Shown here one piece after another: positions 30,756 through 39,032 of a stretch of DNA of 59,008 nucleotides. The DNA lies in IMG/VR virus record IMGVR_UViG_3300045988_143098, one strand, 5' to 3'. Under the pieces are notes generated by a model, which had not been told where the DNA came from, made no database searches, and worked only from the letters and a program-made list of their open reading frames with translations. Made by a program: the position numbers and the translations under genes. Numbering within the stretch: position 1 is the stretch's first letter; the number at the start of each line of letters is the position of its first letter. This DNA comes from a virus.

Positions 30756-31112
30756 ATGGGAAAGCGATTAAAACCAATAGAAAATCATACAGAAACTCGC
30801 GTTCCGGCGGTTGACAGACCGTCGACGACACTGGAAGGGCGAGAGAATCAAGCGATTGAGCTTGCCGTGAACCTTGCTGTAGAGCAATTGCGGGCAGGTA
30901 CAGCTTCGTCGCAGGTGATTTGCCACTATCTTAAGCTGGGAACGACAAGAGAAAAGGCGGAACAGCAGTTACTCAAGAAGCAGCTGGAACTGATGGATGC
31001 GAAAATTCGGAATCTTCAGGATGCTTCCAACACTGCCGAACTGTATCAGAAGGCGCTGGAGGCTATGAATAGATATTCTGGTCGAAACGATTCTGATGAC
31101 GAAATTTACTAA
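30756..31112 (+). CDS. hypothetical; positional candidate for small terminase/DNA-recognition protein
   Basis: 118 aa, first gene of the late cluster; GGGAGA SD; helical, no firm motif. Confidence 0.3.
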   Translation: MGKRLKPIENHTETRVPAVDRPSTTLEGRENQAIELAVNLAVEQLRAGTASSQVICHYLKLGTTREKAEQQLLKKQLELMDAKIRNLQDASNTAELYQKALEAMNRYSGRNDSDDEIY

Positions 31113-31117
31113 GAGCT

Positions 31118-31537
31118 ATGGGACACATACGATGCTATTCGGAGCTGATTCAGATTCCGGACTATAAAGAACGCTTCGAGTATTTGAAACTTGGCGGGAT
31201 AGTCGGTGCAGAGACGTTCGGGCACAATAGATATTTGAACCAAATCTTCTACACGTCTCAGGAATGGCGACGTTTTCGGGATAAGATTATCATACGGGAC
31301 AACGGGTGCGATATGGGCGTAGACGGCTATGAGATAAATACCAGAGCAACTATCCACCACATCGAACCGATTTGTGTCAATGATATTTTGTACCAGAGCA
31401 GTCGACTATTTGATGAAGAGAACGTCATTTGTGTATCAAGCGAAACTCACAAGGCTATTCACTATGGGGATGCTGATTTGCTGGTGCTCCCCTTTGCCGA
31501 ACGAAAACCAAACGATATGTGCCCATGGCGGAAATGA
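31118..31537 (+). CDS. HNH endonuclease
   Basis: IHHIEP...N...VCVSSETHKAIHYG (H-N-H core). Confidence 0.85.
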   Translation: MGHIRCYSELIQIPDYKERFEYLKLGGIVGAETFGHNRYLNQIFYTSQEWRRFRDKIIIRDNGCDMGVDGYEINTRATIHHIEPICVNDILYQSSRLFDEENVICVSSETHKAIHYGDADLLVLPFAERKPNDMCPWRK

Positions 31538-31552
31538 TGGAGGTGATAACCA

Positions 31553-32272
31553 ATGCACGAGACAGCAATGAATGTCAGACTGATTCAGTACACGCCCTTA
31601 TGTGATGCTGCCGTTGCCCTTGGTGGAAAAATGTGCTACTCCGATGCAGACCTTGATGACATGATTCAAGGAGTGATTGATAAAGACAACTCTGCGATGA
31701 TTCGCCGGATTATCAATTCCGGTCATGAATCCGTATTGGAGCACGTTTCCTTTACGTTCGCCATTAGTGGGGTTTCACGGGCACTTCTTGCACAAATTAC
31801 ACGGCATCGTATGGCAAGTTTCAGTGTACGGAGTCAGCGGTATGTGAATTACGACAAGGGGTTTAACTACGTCATTCCCCCGGCTATTGAAAAACTTGGG
31901 GAGGATGCCATTGCCGAGTACCGCGCCCAGATGGAGCAGATGAACAAATGGTATCGGGAATGGACTGAGAAACTGGGTTCTGGTGAGAAGGCTAACGAAG
32001 ATGCAAGATTTGTCCTTCCAAATGCTTGCGAAACTTCTATGCTCGTCACCATGAATGCTCGTGAGCTTCGTCATTTCTTCGAGCTGAGAATGTGCCGTCG
32101 AGCCCAGTGGGAAATCAGAGCACTGGCAACAATTATGTGGACACTCTGCAAGAGCGAGTGCCCCGTACTATTTGAAGATGCTGGACCATCCTGCATCAGA
32201 GGGAAGTGCGCTGAAGGCAATAAGAGCTGTGGGAAACCTCTTAAGCATCAGTTGGAGACTTACGATGAATGA
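31553..32272 (+). CDS. thyX: flavin-dependent thymidylate synthase
   Basis: ThyX signature RHRMASFSVRSQRY. Confidence 0.95.
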   Translation: MHETAMNVRLIQYTPLCDAAVALGGKMCYSDADLDDMIQGVIDKDNSAMIRRIINSGHESVLEHVSFTFAISGVSRALLAQITRHRMASFSVRSQRYVNYDKGFNYVIPPAIEKLGEDAIAEYRAQMEQMNKWYREWTEKLGSGEKANEDARFVLPNACETSMLVTMNARELRHFFELRMCRRAQWEIRALATIMWTLCKSECPVLFEDAGPSCIRGKCAEGNKSCGKPLKHQLETYDE

Positions 32273-32621
32273 TAACAGCATTCTTGATACCATCAAGAAA
32301 CTTCTTGGCATCCAGAACGAAGCCTTTGATACAGACATCATCATTCATATCAACTCTACTTTCATGATTCTGCATCAATTAGGCATCGGACCCACAAACG
32401 GATTTCAAATCAGCGGTTCCACAGAGACATGGGAACAATTTATCGGAAATTCCTCGATACAACTATCTTCTATCAGAAGCTACGTTTACCTAAGAGTCAA
32501 AATGGTATTTGACCCAAGTGCCTCTTCTGTTGTTACAGAGAGTCTCGAACGTACATTGCGGGAATACGAATGGAGATTACAAGTTAATTCCGAGAGCGCG
32601 GTTTTGGAGAAGAATTCTTAA
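32265..32621 (+). CDS. hypothetical phage protein (118 aa), possibly structural
   Basis: ATG 32265 overlaps the thyX stop (ATGAATGA); in frame within track ORF 32172..32621. Confidence 0.65.
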   Translation: MNDNSILDTIKKLLGIQNEAFDTDIIIHINSTFMILHQLGIGPTNGFQISGSTETWEQFIGNSSIQLSSIRSYVYLRVKMVFDPSASSVVTESLERTLREYEWRLQVNSESAVLEKNS

Positions 32622-32629
32622 CGAACGTC

Positions 32630-32664
32630 GATGAGGCAAGTATTGCACTCGTCTTTTTTTTTTT
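32630..32664 (+). terminator. intrinsic terminator with T11 run
   Basis: GATGAGGCAA-GTA-TTGCACTCGTC followed by 11 T. Confidence 0.8.
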
Positions 32665-32695
32665 GTACTCATTTTTTACAGAAGGGAGGGATAAT

Positions 32696-33298
32696 ATGGA
32701 TGAATCCAAACATGTGATTGTCCATTACGGCAAGCCCGGTATGCATTGGGGTGTGCGGCTATATCAAAATAGAGATGGCAGTCTGACACCACTTGGAAAA
32801 CAGAGATACGGGAAGGGTAAAGGAAACAACAATAACAGTGCTGTAAAAACTGTAACAATCAAAGCAAAAAAATTATTTTCTGTTGTATCCAAAAAGGTAA
32901 AAAAAGGTGTATCTTCTGTTGCCGAGAAGGTATCCGAACGCCACAAGATGAAAAATCCTGAAACCATGACCGATGAAGAGCTTAAAACCGTCGTCGACCG
33001 CCTACAAATGGAGAAGCGTTATCGAGACCTGATGAATGCGCGTGCTGAAGCTAATACAGGTGTCGGAAGAAAATTGGTAAAAAAACTACTTGCTAAGAGT
33101 GGCGATGCTGCGGTAGATGCGCTTGTGCAAGGACCCATTAGAAAGCGGTTCGATAATTTGTTCGCAAATCTTAATCCTAAAGATAAGCCGGGAAATAATT
33201 CCAATAATAACCGGCAGAATTCTACAAACAACAGCTCCTCGACTTCTTCCGATGCAAATAGCAGCAACTCTTCGTCGAGTTCCGATTCTGCATCTTGA
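32696..33298 (+). CDS. leader-tagged protein P1 (HYG..W.R.YQN.DGSLT..GKQRYG leader; Asn/Ser-rich tail)
   Basis: ATG 32696 after GAAGGGAGGG; VIVHYGKPGMHWGVRLYQNRDGSLTPLGKQRYGKG; C-terminal NNSNNNRQNSTNNSSSTSSD... Confidence 0.75.
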   Translation: MDESKHVIVHYGKPGMHWGVRLYQNRDGSLTPLGKQRYGKGKGNNNNSAVKTVTIKAKKLFSVVSKKVKKGVSSVAEKVSERHKMKNPETMTDEELKTVVDRLQMEKRYRDLMNARAEANTGVGRKLVKKLLAKSGDAAVDALVQGPIRKRFDNLFANLNPKDKPGNNSNNNRQNSTNNSSSTSSDANSSNSSSSSDSAS

Positions 33299-33403
33299 AA
33301 TAGCACTGGCGGGGGCGATAGCGGAAATCAAAGCAGCGGGCGTCGAAACCGCAATCAGCGGAATGCGCCAACTGAATAGCTATTCAGATAAGAGGTTTAA
33401 TAT

Positions 33404-35143
33404 ATGGCATTGTCGAACACCGCAGTACCAAAGTATTACGGCATGTTTCGTGATGCCGTACTGCGAGGGGAAATTCCAGTAAACCAAAACATCTCGATGG
33501 AGATGAATCGGATTGATGCGCTCATCGCGAATCCCGGTGTATACTATGACCCCGCGCCGGTTGAGGGATTTATTGCTTTCTGCGAAAATGAGATGACGCT
33601 GGTGGACGGCTCGGATCTGCATTTGCTCGATACTTTTAAGCTATGGGCAGAAGTGCTGTTGTGCTGGTTCACATTTGAGGAAATTACAGAATTCGTCCCG
33701 GATGATTACGGCGGACATTATGTGCGGAAGCGACGGAAGAAGCGACTCATTAACAAGCTCTTCCTCATCGTTGGGCGTGGCGCTGCCAAATCTCTGTTTG
33801 AAACATGCATTCACGCCTATATCGAGAATGTTGACACTTCCACGACGTACCAAATGACGACAGCACCGACAATGCGGCAAGCCGAGGAAGTGATGTCACC
33901 CTACAAAACGGCAATCGCTCGTGCCAGAGGTCCACTGTTTAAGTTTTTGACAGAAGGGTCATTGCAAAATACCACCGGTTCACGAGCAAAGCGATTGAAG
34001 CTGGCATCTACGAAGAAAGGCATAGAGAATTTTCTCACAAACTCTATTCTGGAAGTACGACCGATGTCGATTGATAGATTACAGGGTATGCGACCGGCTG
34101 TTGCTTCTGTTGACGAATGGCTGTCTGGCGACATGCGAGAAGACCCCATCGGCGCGATTGAGCAGGGTGCTTCCAAAGTCGACGACTACATTATCCTTGC
34201 TGTGAGTTCCGAAGGCACTGTCCGAAACGGGTGCGGTGACGACATCAAAATGGAACTCAAGAAAATCTTAAAAGGTGATTTCTTCGCTCCGAATGTCTCC
34301 ATTTGGTGGTATGCGTTGGACTCTGTGGATGAAGTTGCTGACCCAAACATGTGGCTAAAGGCGAACCCGAATATCGGCAAAACCATCAGCTACGAAGCAT
34401 ATCAGCGAGATGTTGAGCGTGCAGAGAATGTGCCGTCGGCGAGAAATGATATCCTTGCAAAACGATTCGGGATTCCGATGGAAGGCTACACTTATTTCTT
34501 CACCTACGAAGAGACCCTCCCTCAGCGAAAACGTGAATACTGGAAGATGCAATGTGCAATGGGTGCCGACCTGTCAAGAGGTGACGACTTCTGCTCGTTC
34601 ACATTTCTATTTCCGTTAAATAATGGATGTTTCGGCATCAAGAATCGAAGTTATATATCGGAGCTAACGTATCAGCAGCTTCCAAGAAGTCTGCGTGAAA
34701 AATATGACCTGTTCATCTGCGAAGGAACAATGGTTGTTATGGATGGCACTGTACTTGACTTGCTGAAGGTATATGCTGACCTCTATCAGTTCATCAACGA
34801 AAAACACTATGACATTCGCGCGTTTGGCTATGACCCTTGGAATGCAAAAGAGTTCGTCGCCCAATGGGAAATGGACTTTGGGTCTTACGGAAACGAGTCC
34901 GTCCAGCAGGGTTCAAGAACTGAATCCGTTCCGCTTGGCGAACTAAAGAAGATGGCCGAATCTCAATTGCTTTACTTTGACGAGGAAATCATCAAGTTCA
35001 CCATGGGAAACTGTGTTGTATTGACCGATACGAACGGAAACCGAAAGCTCTATAAACAACGCCACGACCAAAAGATTGATGCCATTTCTGCCCTTTTGGA
35101 CGCCTATGTAGCATATAAGCATCACAGGGAGTCATTCGATTAA
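33404..35143 (+). CDS. terL: terminase large subunit
   Basis: 579 aa; Walker-A-like LIVGRGAAKS, VASVDEW Walker B region, C-terminal nuclease-like half; position upstream of the portal. Confidence 0.9.
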   Translation: MALSNTAVPKYYGMFRDAVLRGEIPVNQNISMEMNRIDALIANPGVYYDPAPVEGFIAFCENEMTLVDGSDLHLLDTFKLWAEVLLCWFTFEEITEFVPDDYGGHYVRKRRKKRLINKLFLIVGRGAAKSLFETCIHAYIENVDTSTTYQMTTAPTMRQAEEVMSPYKTAIARARGPLFKFLTEGSLQNTTGSRAKRLKLASTKKGIENFLTNSILEVRPMSIDRLQGMRPAVASVDEWLSGDMREDPIGAIEQGASKVDDYIILAVSSEGTVRNGCGDDIKMELKKILKGDFFAPNVSIWWYALDSVDEVADPNMWLKANPNIGKTISYEAYQRDVERAENVPSARNDILAKRFGIPMEGYTYFFTYEETLPQRKREYWKMQCAMGADLSRGDDFCSFTFLFPLNNGCFGIKNRSYISELTYQQLPRSLREKYDLFICEGTMVVMDGTVLDLLKVYADLYQFINEKHYDIRAFGYDPWNAKEFVAQWEMDFGSYGNESVQQGSRTESVPLGELKKMAESQLLYFDEEIIKFTMGNCVVLTDTNGNRKLYKQRHDQKIDAISALLDAYVAYKHHRESFD

Positions 35144-35144
35144 C

Positions 35145-36164
35145 ATGAAAGATTTGAGAAAAGACAGAACATTTAGAGTGGATTTTTACCAAACGGCAAC
35201 AGAAAAGAATGGTCAGACTCAATGCTCTTCGTCAGGGAACGATTTAATCAATAATACAAATCGGAATTACGTTATCCATTACTGCGATGATATTTCGTCT
35301 TACCCATTAGAAAAGCAAAGAGAATCCAGTTATGTAATTGTTCATCACGGTATAAAAGGTCAACGATGGTATCATCGTCGTTACCAAAATCCAGATGGCA
35401 GTTTGACAGCTCTCGGAAAGCAGAGATATGGGAAGGGTAATGGAAGCAACGTGGATGGCGGGCTTTCAACTGTGTATGTCACAATCATTGCTGCTCATGC
35501 CGCCTGCTATGCTATTTCGCGCATTCGCAAGAGTCTGAAAGTCCGTTCAGCTATGCGACAGGCAAGTGAGATTTCCAACGACAAGGCATACGCTTCTGAG
35601 CGCCTAACAGAAAAAGTCGATTCAGAAACAGGATTATATCTTATTAACGAAAAAATGACAGAAGAAGAGAATATGAAACGCGTAAACCCCTCCTACGATA
35701 GCAAGAATCTGGCATTCGGAGTTAATTGCACTGCATGTACTGTATCCATGGAACTGCGGGAACGCGGATTTGATGTTCATGCAGGTATAGATGGAAGTAA
35801 GATGCTGAGTGCTGGTGGAACGACTATACCGGAGCGTATGAGTTGGTATACTGACAATCCGTACAAGAACACAAAGAGATACATCAGAAGTAAAAACAAT
35901 ATTGCAAAATTCCGACAAGAGATTTTGGGCGATGGTGACGCAAGAGGCGAGTTTTCAGTACAGTATATGGTAGGTGGTGGGCACTCTCTTTATTACAAAG
36001 TCAAAGATGGACAGCTTTATGTTTACGACACACAGTCAAATAAAAAAATGACTGACCCAGAACTGAATACTCTTCTTGCCTCTACATCGACATTTTCATA
36101 CACTCGCTTAGACCAAGCAAAACCGAATATTGACTATTTGAAGAGCCATAATTATATTTGCTGA
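35145..36164 (+). CDS. leader-tagged protein P2: leader + hydrophobic helix + papain-like Cys/His/Asp hydrolase (toxin/effector-like) domain
   Basis: aa 63-98 YVIVHHGIKGQRWYHRRYQNPDGSLTALGKQRYGKG. VYVTIIAAHAACYAI helix. VNPSYDS..GVNCTACTVSMELRERG ... GGGHSLYYKVKDGQLYVYDTQ. Confidence 0.65.
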   Translation: MKDLRKDRTFRVDFYQTATEKNGQTQCSSSGNDLINNTNRNYVIHYCDDISSYPLEKQRESSYVIVHHGIKGQRWYHRRYQNPDGSLTALGKQRYGKGNGSNVDGGLSTVYVTIIAAHAACYAISRIRKSLKVRSAMRQASEISNDKAYASERLTEKVDSETGLYLINEKMTEEENMKRVNPSYDSKNLAFGVNCTACTVSMELRERGFDVHAGIDGSKMLSAGGTTIPERMSWYTDNPYKNTKRYIRSKNNIAKFRQEILGDGDARGEFSVQYMVGGGHSLYYKVKDGQLYVYDTQSNKKMTDPELNTLLASTSTFSYTRLDQAKPNIDYLKSHNYIC

Positions 36165-36178
36165 AACCGGAGGATACA

Positions 36179-36415
36179 GTGAATCTCAACGAATTAAAAC
36201 GTCAGTTGGATAATGCTGGCGGCGATATTAAGGTAAAGTCGATTATTGATTATACGGAAAATAGTATAATCGTTGTCTACGAGTCTGGAGATACTATTCC
36301 CGGTATTATGTTTCAAATCAACAAGAAAACTGGAGAAACAACGCCTTTTAGGATTGCCGATGATTTGATAGGTTTTTCAAAAGCTGCAAAAAATCGTTCT
36401 ATAACTTTCACATAA
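36179..36415 (+). CDS. hypothetical small protein (78 aa); candidate immunity/partner of P2
   Basis: GTG 36179 is 5 nt after GGAGGA; in frame within track ORF 36158..36415. Confidence 0.55.
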   Translation: MNLNELKRQLDNAGGDIKVKSIIDYTENSIIVVYESGDTIPGIMFQINKKTGETTPFRIADDLIGFSKAAKNRSITFT

Positions 36416-36449
36416 GAGAAGTCGTAATTGCTTCGATGGAGGGGATAAA

Positions 36450-36731
36450 ATGTGCAACGACAAAATCAAAAAGAAAATTCAGCAGAAAGTTGCTGAATAT
36501 CTAAACAACAGACCAGCACAAAAAACAAATCTACGTCTATTCGTATCGGCGGATGAAATCACCACAGTAGACTTGCCATCCGTCAGCAGTCATCGGGTAA
36601 TTCTTGCGTATAATCCGCATTACACTGGAACACTCTTCATGTGTACGCTCATTCAAGAGCGTGATGAAATTCTAATGATGCCCTGCTTCAGACAGGAAAC
36701 CGTCGTGATTTCGGTAGGCGATGACTATTGA
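36450..36731 (+). CDS. hypothetical small protein (93 aa)
   Basis: GGAGGGG SD; track ORF. Confidence 0.65.
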   Translation: MCNDKIKKKIQQKVAEYLNNRPAQKTNLRLFVSADEITTVDLPSVSSHRVILAYNPHYTGTLFMCTLIQERDEILMMPCFRQETVVISVGDDY

Positions 36732-37144
36732 ACGAATTTTATCACTGGGGGATTCATGGTATGCGCTGGGGAATTCGACGATACCAGAATCCAGACGGCA
36801 CGCTAACACCTGCGGGGAAGAAACGTTATGGGGAGGCTCTTTCTAAAATCACCAGTGTAGACTGGGACAAGTATGCTGAGATTGGAAAAGAGAAAGCCGG
36901 TGTTTCCAGAGTTGACGCTAATACAGACATTATTAAACGGGGAAGCAGTATCAATCGTTATGCTACCTCTAACGAGACACTCGACTCGCGCAGAAAATAC
37001 GCATCATTGACAAATAATGACCGCGACTTATATAGGGACCAAATAGTTCTTGGCGGCATTGATTCTGATTTCGGCGAACCGATTTCTCTATTTGAATATG
37101 AAGCGAAAAAAAACTACGAATCGCAAGTGGAGAAAAGGTGGTAA
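36728..37144 (+). CDS. leader-tagged protein P3, N-terminal part (0 frame)
   Basis: TTG start overlapping the upstream stop; FYHWGIHGMRWGIRRYQNPDGTLTPAGKKRYG; contains the A8 tract 37106-37113. Confidence 0.7.
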   Translation: MNEFYHWGIHGMRWGIRRYQNPDGTLTPAGKKRYGEALSKITSVDWDKYAEIGKEKAGVSRVDANTDIIKRGSSINRYATSNETLDSRRKYASLTNNDRDLYRDQIVLGGIDSDFGEPISLFEYEAKKNYESQVEKRW

Positions 37145-37485
37145 ACGATTTAATTGATAGTTATGGCGACTCGTCAATACGAGAAATGTATGACTATGTT
37201 CATAAATATAGAAATACCGTGAACGGAATGAATCGCCGAACTGCCTCTAAGGTGCAAAAAGAAGCAGCTTCGTATGTGGAAAAATCATCGTCGACCCTTG
37301 ACAAGTTTTTTGCCGATGCAATGAAACTACACATGGATGACATCAGTAACAGATATTCTAAGGAAAAGTACGATGGTTTCGTTGATGCTGAAGATTGGGC
37401 AACGAAGTTCGCCGATTATCCTATCGTAATAATCAATCCCAAAGAGAGTATGAAATTGAAACGAAAAGAAGAAGTTTACTATTGA
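37138..37485 (+). CDS. hypothetical protein in the -1 frame; either an independent GTG start or the C-terminal part of P3 via frameshift
   Basis: -1 frame open from 37102 across the A_AAA_AAC site; GGAG lies 5 nt before GTG 37138. Confidence 0.6.
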   Translation: MVNDLIDSYGDSSIREMYDYVHKYRNTVNGMNRRTASKVQKEAASYVEKSSSTLDKFFADAMKLHMDDISNRYSKEKYDGFVDAEDWATKFADYPIVIINPKESMKLKRKEEVYY

Positions 37486-37499
37486 CAGGAGACATACGA

Positions 37500-37775
37500 A
37501 TGGATAGCAACAAATTTACTGATTTGGTTAAACAGTGCATTGTTGACGACATGAACGAACGATTTGGGAGCAATCGGATTACTCCAGATGACGTCTACAT
37601 TGTCTGGCTCTCCAAAGTGCTGCAGAATAATAAGGCGCTTGCCTCGACACCGGTTCCAAATTCCCCATATTACGAAATCACCTATGACGGAGATAAGCAC
37701 GCTGTTTACATTGATACCTATCAGCGTACAGCGAATCGAGAAGCAAGCTATTGCGAAACGTATGACGTGGACTAA
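37500..37775 (+). CDS. conserved small phage protein upstream of the portal (91 aa)
   Basis: ATG 37500 after CAGGAGA; VYIVWLSKVLQNNKALAST...YYEITYDGDKHAVYIDTY. Confidence 0.7.
   Translation: MDSNKFTDLVKQCIVDDMNERFGSNRITPDDVYIVWLSKVLQNNKALASTPVPNSPYYEITYDGDKHAVYIDTYQRTANREASYCETYDVD
37735..37775 (+). repeat. 41-bp exact direct repeat, copy 2 (last 13 codons + stop of 37500..37775)
   Basis: Identical to 1091-1131 but translated in a different frame. Confidence 0.95.
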
Positions 37776-37787
37776 GGAGAATTCAAA

Positions 37788-39032
37788 ATGGGAGTCTTAG
37801 ATAATCTGAAACACGCTTGGGACGTGTTCCGAAATCGCTCACCGACCTATGTTGATTTAGGCTACGGGAGCAGTTACCGACCAGATTGGCATGGTTTTAC
37901 GCGAGGTGTAGAGCGTTCCATTGTAACCTCGATTAACAACCGGATTGCGATGGATGTAGCGGCAATCTCGATTCAGCATGTAAAAGTAGATAGCAACGGG
38001 AGATTTCTCGACACGGTGAAATCCGGTTTGAATCAGTGCTTGACACAGAGTGCCAACATTGACCAGACCGGATTTTCTTTTCGTCTCGACATTGCAGCTT
38101 CCATGCTTGACGAGGGTTGTATCGCTATTGTACCCACCGAGGTGAACGAGAGACTTGATGCAGAACATGTATCAACTTATTCTATCAACTCGATGCGGGT
38201 CGGAAAAATTGTAGAGTGGTATCCCAAACATGTGCGCGTAAAGCTCTACAATGAAGAAACCGGTCAGCAGGAAGAAATCATTCTGCCAAAATCATATGTC
38301 GCCGTTGTTGAGAATCCATTCTATGCGGTGATGAATGAACCTAATGCGATTGCTCAGCGATTGATTAGGAAACTGAATATGCTCGATGCTATTGATGAGC
38401 AGACCAGTTCTGGGAAACTGGACATGATTATTCATCTCCCCTATTCTACTCGTGATACCCTCCGGCATGAACAGGCTGAAAAGCGAAAAGCTGAGTTGGA
38501 AGGACAACTCCGTAATTCCAAGTACGGTATTGCATGGCTCGACCAGACCGAAAAGATTACGCAGTTGAATCGACCTATTGAAAATAACATGCTGGAGCAA
38601 ATCGACTATCTGACGAACATGCTATATAGTCAGCTCAACATGACACAGAGCATCATGGATGGAACAGCGGACGAAAAAGTTATGCTGAATTATTACAATC
38701 GAACGGTCGAGCCGATTCTGACTGCCATTGTTGAGGCAATGCAGCGTACTTTTCTTACGAAAACCGCCATCTCGCAAGGGCAACGACTAATGTACTTCCG
38801 CAATACATTCAAGTTGACACCGGTCACACAAATTGCTGAAATTTCGGATAAGCTGACACGCAACGAAATTGCAACAGCAAATGAAATCCGACAAATCATC
38901 GGCTGGAAACCTGCTGACGACCCGAACGCCGACAAACTGAAGAATTCAAACATTAAAGGCTCGAATGAGGAACAAGACACCGTTCCTGCATTCCAGCCGA
39001 CTGAAGGAGAAAATCAAAATGGATACGAGTAA
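37788..39032 (+). CDS. portal protein
   Basis: 414 aa between terminase cluster and capsid; AAGGAGA SD; C-terminal ...TRNEIATANEIRQIIGWKP typical portal tail (memory). Confidence 0.8.
   Translation: MGVLDNLKHAWDVFRNRSPTYVDLGYGSSYRPDWHGFTRGVERSIVTSINNRIAMDVAAISIQHVKVDSNGRFLDTVKSGLNQCLTQSANIDQTGFSFRLDIAASMLDEGCIAIVPTEVNERLDAEHVSTYSINSMRVGKIVEWYPKHVRVKLYNEETGQQEEIILPKSYVAVVENPFYAVMNEPNAIAQRLIRKLNMLDAIDEQTSSGKLDMIIHLPYSTRDTLRHEQAEKRKAELEGQLRNSKYGIAWLDQTEKITQLNRPIENNMLEQIDYLTNMLYSQLNMTQSIMDGTADEKVMLNYYNRTVEPILTAIVEAMQRTFLTKTAISQGQRLMYFRNTFKLTPVTQIAEISDKLTRNEIATANEIRQIIGWKPADDPNADKLKNSNIKGSNEEQDTVPAFQPTEGENQNGYE

Noticed and set aside
33117-33482. 121-aa ORF bridging the end of P1 and the start of terL
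   Set aside because: It overlaps two better-supported genes in another frame, has no SD, and is mostly antisense-like low-complexity sequence from the Asn/Ser-rich tail region.
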